From: Octopus vulgaris
Lineage: Eukaryota
Direction of reading: 5' to 3'
NCBI GenBank assembly: GCA_951406725.2
Contig: OX597829.1
Coordinates: 35,154,001 to 35,218,000 of the forward strand
Length of the DNA stretch: 64,000 nucleotides
Part shown: positions 56,600 through 64,000 of the stretch, piece after piece
How the letters are laid out: every line of letters begins with the position of its first letter
Numbering within the stretch: the first letter of the stretch is position 1
Made by a program: the position numbers and the translations under genes
Notes under the pieces: model-generated
Told to the model about the DNA's origin: nothing
The model's database searches: none
The model's input: only the letters and a program-made list of their open reading frames with translations

Positions 56600-57360
56600 C
56601 TGGAGTGGGTGCCGTAAAGGGTGTATAATTTTAACAAGCAACTCACTTGTGATTCAAGCTATTATAGGAGACAGCAAAGAGGAAAACAATCCATAGAGTG
56701 GCCAGAAAGGAATACCGAAAAGACTTGATAGTGTTTTACACTCTTGGGAACCGAAAGTACACTACATGAAGAAGCAACCCCAGTTGCTTCATAAAAAAGT
56801 TGGCTGTGTAAATATTTAAAAATTGAATAGGATTGAAGGGTTGCTCTAATTTGAGTTTACTTACTATTGTGGTCACTAATAGTAAAAACAAAAAGCGAAT
56901 TAAAAGTAGAAAGGAAAGGGAATACAATACCTATATTTTATTTAGGTTTAAAACTAACCTTTGGACTCTCAGCTTCGGGAATTTGAGTAAAAGCCTATTC
57001 TAAGAAATACAACACTATAGATTTATATAGATTTAGATACAATACTCTATAAATATCTTAGTAAACTATAAACTGATCTTTGAACTTCAAAACAAGCAAA
57101 AGATCAAAGGACATTAGTTCAATCATACACAAATATATTTCAATGAGGAAATTATAATGGAATAGCTTTAGTTCTAGCTACAATACATTGCAATACACAC
57201 CTAAAAATATCATACCCACCATCTCACATAGTTTATACCCTACCCACTTTCACACATCTAACTAACTTTAACTGAACCCTATCCAAACACCATGTTTCTT
57301 CCTTACTTCCACTATCCTGAATAGCTTAGTTAAGGATAAAATAAAGTAGACTGTAAACTT

Positions 57361-57423
<63 letters not shown>

Positions 57424-57900
57424 TGTGCGTGTGTGTTTCTATGTGTGTATGTGCATGTTTCTGTGTTTGTGTGTGTGTATGTGTGTTTAGAATACAAAGA
57501 AAGTCAGGAGGTGTGAAATGAATGTATTTATTTCACCAGTTGAGATCCATTGGATGGCGGCAGCTGATTTTGTTTTGTATGTGTATACTGGAATCGAAAA
57601 ATTGATGTAGCCACGAAACTCTATTGATCGGAAGAGCTAGCCTTCTATATCTGCATTCGTTTGTAAAACATACAATTGTACTATGAAAGTTACAGCATAA
57701 ACACTAGTGCAGACATGTAAGATAATTTATTATACACTAAAATAAATTGTTTTTACTTGATGTTGGCTGAGAAACGCCGTCACCTTATGAATATCAATTG
57801 GTGAAATAAATATATTTATCTCTTACCTGCTGACTTGCTTTTCACTCTATATGCTTCTTATGAAATAATTTTCACTGACTGGATTTACTGTATTTCATCT
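56600..57900 (+). mobile_element. decayed PLE 3' region with HHR paralogue at 57625-57785
   Basis: 57625-57830 aligns to 34872-35075; possible GIY-YIG remnant upstream. Confidence 0.5.
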
Positions 57901-58038
57901 GCTTATTACACTCTATATCACACTATCCTATGTACTAGTTTACAATGTGTTTAGAGGACTGGTCCATTAAAGGAGCTTTCTTATGATTACTTTTAGATTA
58001 TATAAATCCATATACTGTCCATTATATATACGTATATA

Positions 58039-58069
<31 letters not shown>

Positions 58070-58304
58070 ATATATATGTGTATATATATAATATAAATAA
58101 CATATAAATATATGCATAAATACATACATATATGTACATACCTACATATATATGTATATATACATGCATATATGGGTACAGGACATCAAAAAACGTAGAC
58201 AAAATGAGAAACGAGAACATAAAAAACAAAACCATAGGAAACGAATTTTTTTCGAACGAAAGACACAAACAAACGGAGAAATGAGACAGGCAACATAAGG
58301 AACA

Positions 58305-58368
58305 TTCCCTTCATCAGTTGTCCCGGGTTTTATCTACTCCGCGTTTCGAAGGTAGGGACAAGATGCGA
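58305..58368 (-). ncRNA. candidate rearranged hammerhead ribozyme
   Basis: rc: tcgca tc ttgtccc ta ccttc gaaa cgcgg agtagataaaaccc gggacaa ctgatga a ggg. Confidence 0.7.
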
Positions 58369-58701
58369 CTTAGTTAAAACAGTCCTTCCCGCAAAGCAAA
58401 TTAAATACAATTTGGGATTTTTTGCGGCGGGTGAAAGTGGTAAAAAAAACAGGACAGTGAGAACAAAACGGTAAAAACAAACGGTGAGGACTGTTAAGCC
58501 CAGGCGATGTGAAGTGGGGAACGCTGGAAAAACGAGCTTTGAGAAGAGACAGGTAAAAGCACATCTTGTCTTTAGGAAGGAAGTGGAAGTAAGAAAGATG
58601 AATGGCCATTGGTCTCATGTGAGCAACGAGAGAGTCAAGGAAGAAAAGTGAGAGAAAGACAGCGGGAACGGTGAAGGAGAGCGGGAACGGTGAAAAGTCG
58701 A

Positions 58702-59055
58702 CATACATAGGAATAATTTATCTTTTTATAAGAAACAGTTAATAAGAACAGTTTTCTTTTCATTTAAGAGACTCTATATGGTTACCATTGTTTTGAATAC
58801 ACATTGCAATACATTTGCTCCACTCATTGTGAACTCCTAAAAGTACATCTGGTGATACTTGTGCAAATGAGTTGGTGATACGTTCCTTCAAATGATTTAT
58901 GTCTTTTATCTTTCCGCGATACCCCATGCCTTTCAAATGTCCCCAAAGACAGAAATCAAGAAGGGTCAGATCAGGGGATCTAGAGGATCTTATAAACTGT
59001 TTCTTATGAAAATATAATTTTTTCCTATGTACGGGGACTTCTGAATCTCCCTGTA
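58702..59055 (-). mobile_element. deleted Tc1/mariner (maT/DD37D-like) element with long inverted repeats
   Basis: RSPDLTLLDFCLWGHLKGM and IQNNGNHIE on the minus strand; IR 58704-58745 / 58988-59031; terminus ...tccctg|ta. Confidence 0.75.
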
Positions 59056-59059
59056 TATG

Positions 59060-60922
59060 TCTAAGACAATGACCGTTGTTACCACCACTGCTACCCCCCC
59101 TACCTCCCTACCCCCCTACCCCCCCTACCACCACCACCACCACCACCACCACCACTAACACCAGCCACAGAAGTACCAAAGCCGGAAAAGAAGGAAAGAA
59201 CTAACCTCTCATCCCCCAACAACCTATATATCGCATCCCAACAGCCAGCAACCAGCACTAACAACAGAAGCAACATTTGCATTAACACACACAAATCGAT
59301 CCCAAATCCCTTCCCCACCCACTTTCTGATTCCTCTAATATGTCATCTGATGAAGACAACGCAGAAGAATGGCAAATGGCCACAGTGGGAAAAGAAAAAA
59401 GTGGGGTGGGGGTGGGGCGAAATGATCAGCGACGCCAGACTCTCCAACCCGTGGTCCCTGAAGCCCATTTTCAGCGGACAATTCGACATTTATTTTTCTC
59501 CGCATCTGCCGAGAATGGACGGTGGTGGTACCGCGGTGCTTTTTTGAAAGGGTCTGGATCTCAAAGTAAGGGCAGTATTCCTAGATCTGGAGGATAGGCT
59601 GGTCGTCTTGGATGTCGATGGTAGCAATAGGTTTGCTCTCCAACAGATAACGGTATACGCATCGTACTTATCAGGTCGGCCGGATTTCTTTCCACGTCTA
59701 GAGGTTTTCCTGGGAACGTCCCGACCTTTACTTTCAGTAGGGGATTGGGACGCTATCTTGGATATGCGTCTAGACTATGTAGGTATAGATTGGAAGAAAG
59801 AGAAGGGTATGAAAATGCCTAAAAGACCTGCTCAGACGTTTCCAACTATCCAACAGGTACCGACTGGGTTATCCATATGTGCCAATGTGGACATAGACCA
59901 ACCGCATTGGGTCGTCCAGATTGTATTTAGATAGAGTATTCTGTAGACTGGGATAGTGTAGGTTATCCACAATTTCACATACTTAGCTACACAGATTACA
60001 AATTCGTGACGTGTACACTCGACTTAGAAGAGAATCATAGGCAGGGTCCCAGAGACTGGAAGGCGAACGCACCGCTCTCGGCGCGACATGCTTAGAGTAA
60101 CCGGATTAGCAGATTAGTTAGAAGGGTTTACTCTAAAGTGGGCAATTAGCGATCGATCGAACAGGGCGCGAGTTACTCGAGCCCGAAAGGATGTATGAGG
60201 CCTGTCAACAACATTTTGCCTGACTGTTCGGGATAACTGGTCGATCGGAACGCAGGATAGACTTTGGAGCCTGCCACGACTCTCGGCAAGAGATGCGGGG
60301 TGTTGTCAAAATGCCATTACAGCCGCTGACGTGCGGGATGCAATGACAGGCTGCGCAAGACACAAGTTACCGGACTTAGATGGTCTGCCCATCGAGCTTT
60401 ATTGTCATACGCCAGACTTGTTTGGAGGTGTCTTGGCAAGAGTCTACTGCAACTGGCAGCAAAACGGGAGTATCCCCAGTTTTGTGAGGCGAGGACCGGT
60501 GACACTGTTAAAGAAAGATCCGATCAAGGGGAACGTTATAAATAATTTCCAACCCAATACTCTGCTCAACGCAGATTTGAAAATTTTGGCCAAGGTGCTA
60601 GCTGAGAGGTTGGTGCTTGTCATCGAGAAACTGGTCGACAAGGTGCAAACATGCGCCGTACCGCGCAGAAGTATTCATGACAATCTCCACCTCATGCGCT
60701 ACAAGCAGAGTAGTTAAGGAACCTGGCATGGGTGGGGCTCTTATCAATTTGGATCAATCAAAAGCTTTCCATATGGTCGACCATCGATACGTGGCAGCTG
60801 TCCATAGGGCGGCTAGTTTTGGTCCAGTCTTCCGCAGCTGGATCGCTGCCTTATACAGCGGTATCCGCTCAGTAGTTCAAGTAAATGGCCATCTACCTAG
60901 ACCATTTAGCATCACGCGTTCG
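59060..60922 (+). mobile_element. deleted Tx1/L1-clade LINE (ORF1 piece, AP endonuclease, RT N-half)
   Basis: LLSVGDWDAILD, YLDRVF, YTDYKFV, DLDGLPIELY, FQPNTLLNADLKILAKVLAERL, QTCAVPRRSIHDNLHL, GALINLDQSKAF. Confidence 0.92.
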
Positions 60923-60961
<39 letters not shown>

Positions 60962-60962
60962 A

Positions 60963-61051
<89 letters not shown>

Positions 61052-61332
61052 GCTATACATACATACATACATACATACATACATACATACATACATACAT
61101 ACATACGTACGTACATACGTACATACATATACATACACTTCTGCATACTGTGGCCGTTAGATACACGAGTGTTCCTTTCATTTTTCTTTTCCCCTTTTAT
61201 TTCTCTCCTTGCATATTCTTTCAGAAGAAGTGTGTATACTCAAACATAAATGACTTTTCCTTCTACTCATTTCAATTTCCTGAACGGAAGCCTTATACAC
61301 TGCTTCTTTTCGTATTATGCATATATTTTGCA

Positions 61333-61370
<38 letters not shown>

Positions 61371-62081
61371 ACACACACACACACGCACACGCACACGCAC
61401 ACGCACACGCACACGTACACACACACACACGTATGCATGTATTTTTACTCGTATAAGAACACACATATACATACACAGGTATAAATTATACACTAATCAG
61501 CGAATATACCTTATATATTTAATTTTCATATAACAATCGAAAGAAATATGTGTGCGCTATAAAAATATTTAAAACTGTCGTTGGAAAATTTTGAGAATGG
61601 GAGCAGAAAGAATGTGTTACTTTTGTAATTGAAAAATTTCTTGAAGGCTTAATAAATATAAGAGTTAAGTGGATTTTGAAATTATTTCAAATATATATCC
61701 TTAAGTGCACATTAAAACCATGTAATTAAATCCTACACACAGAAATCCTACACACAAAAGCATAAATGCATGTATGTATATATGTATATATTTAAATATA
61801 CATATATGTATACATATATGTATATATATGCATGCATATGTATATATGCATGTATATGCGTGCATATGTATATATATATATATGTATGTACATATTTAAA
61901 TATATATATGTATACATATATGTATATGTATGCATATGTATATATGTATGTATATGTGTGCATATGTATGTATATATATATATATATATACATATATATA
62001 CGCACTTATATAATCTTATCTATATACTTATGTATATGTATTATTCCATGTATAAATATATGAATACACACAAACACACAC

Positions 62082-62151
<70 letters not shown>

Positions 62152-62699
62152 TTTGCATTCATATTTACATATATGGATGTACAACGATCTTAGAATTAGA
62201 CACACATGCAAAAAATATATATATATATAGTGCATATAACAACAAAAGTAAAGCAATTCCCTATAGAATTATCACTTGTTGGAAAAATAAACTCAATCAG
62301 TGTTTGGAATCGGTAAGAATCTGAAGGTTATTTAGCCTATGATTACAATATTTTGCCTGAAAATATATTGTGTAAGAAAGCAAATTGCTGCGAATGTATG
62401 AATGCGGATTTGGTCTCATCACGGGTCACGAATCACGTATTTAGATAGAATTTATATTTAGTAGGTAAGCAGATGAATTATAATTAATAAATTTTATATA
62501 GCAAAAAATGAAAAGCAAAAGAGTTATTTTTAGTAAATAATTAGCTTTAGAAAAAGATTAGATAGTTTGTAGATAGTCTAAAGTAGGCTTGTGGTAGAGA
62601 CATAAGACTTGTGAGGAAGTCAGTAGTTGTCATATTTTGGATGTTAAACATGAAAATTATATTCCTGGACGCCAAGAGCGTGTTCTAAAACACGCTTAC

Positions 62700-63690
62700 A
62701 AGTTACCAACAGAAGTGTTTACCACGTGGAAAAAGATGCTTTGTGGACCATTTATGGTTTATAGTTTTGCTGAATACTGAGATAGATATGGCCAACGAGC
62801 AACTAGAGACGTTAGTGGACTTCTGAACGTACGAGTGGAATCTCCGAATACTGTAGCCTATAATGAACAAGGATCTCACATTGGTAGAAATTCCTAGACA
62901 TTGAGCATATGTAAGAGTCTTGCCACAACTTGTTTCTATTGTTATGAATGTTGGGTAATGACCGGAAGTGTACGATGGCGAATATAAGCAGCCGAAGGAT
63001 TTCTGAAGTAACATTACTCGACAGGATGTATAGCTCGGAAATCAGGGTTCTCATCAAACAGAGTCGCTACTACCTCGCATTCAGAAGTCACAGCTCCGGT
63101 ACTATTAACACGTGAAGTAAATGTCGCAGAAAAGAATCACAAGACGAAATTTTCAAGCTAAGACCCGAGGGTAGAACAAGAATGAAATTGTTCGATAATA
63201 TCCACGCATCTCAGTTTGTCATGATTGGGAGTCCAGCCGGAAATGACGGCTGCTGCTGAGAAGACTGTGCGAAGGAGGTACCCGAGGACTTTACCACCAC
63301 GTCTCTCTTGGGGATAGTGGGCGGAGAAGATGGATAGATTGATGGAGGTTTCTTTGACTGAGCTGTTGTTCTGGATCAAGTGTAAATCAAGTTTGTGCAC
63401 CTTGACGTATTGGATGAAGCTCGGTATTCATAACCTCTTATGAATTGCTTAATGCAGCTCTCTATGAAACCTTAATTCTTTTCTTTATAAAGATAAAGGA
63501 GGTGTTTGCATCGACCTCTTTGAGGAGACTCTGGGTGTTGATGGGGATGTACTGAATGTAGTGATTTCTGGAAGAGTTCAGATCGTGGTTTATAAATAAT
63601 ATCTAAAACTTCTTTGCTTATCAGTGAAACAAAATTGCCAGTACGGAACGAACGCTTCAGGAATAACAGTTGCAAAAGCCAGACCAATCA
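62700..63690 (-). mobile_element. heavily decayed Penelope-like ORF (RT C-terminus to GIY-YIG)
   Basis: DIIYKPRSELFQKSLHSVHP (cf. YKPT..QYL...S.HP), FIRGY, SSNVT..AAYI, NIHNNRNK, VARL, FPRG. Confidence 0.55.
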
Positions 63691-63712
63691 GATGAATACA
63701 CACACACAAACA

Positions 63713-63757
<45 letters not shown>

Positions 63758-64000
63758 TATATATATATATATAATATATATAATATATATATACATACAC
63801 ATACATATATATATGTATATACACATACATATATATATGTATATACACATACATATATATATGTATGTGTGTATGTATATATATATATATTTCATTTATT
63901 TATTAGGGAATAAAAATTCCGGCATCACAGGGGTTCAAATTATTCTCAGTGAGGAAATATATGTTATTTAGAGATAGTAGTCCCCTTCATCCCACCATAT

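Overview
Eukaryotic, AT-rich, non-genic DNA saturated with microsatellites ((TA)n, (CA)n, (TACA)n, (TATC)n, (TAA)n, (GAT)n) and decayed transposons. The tRNA-SINE families and repeat texture look like an Octopus (coleoid cephalopod) genome; this is inferred from recalled SINE sequences, not verified. No intact host gene is supported, and nearly all ORFs in the track are microsatellite artefacts. Recognisable elements: three or four tRNA-SINE families; R4/Dong-type RLE LINEs sitting in (TACA)n or (TAA)n; RTE and Tx1/L1 LINE remnants; mariner/Tc1 and hAT remnants; non-autonomous Helitrons, including a head-to-tail junction; and many Penelope-like element (PLE) remnants with inverted termini. The PLE-type remnants carry more than a dozen hammerhead ribozyme (HHR) motifs. 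The most striking signal is three copies (41861, 42268, 58368) of an HHR whose three core segments are in a NON-circularly permuted order (UH segment, GAAA segment, CUGANGA segment), with compensatory changes in stems I and III. A recurrent CCGANGA (U4C) core variant also appears in several sequence-distinct HHR families. All calls were made by eye and coordinates are approximate to a few bases.
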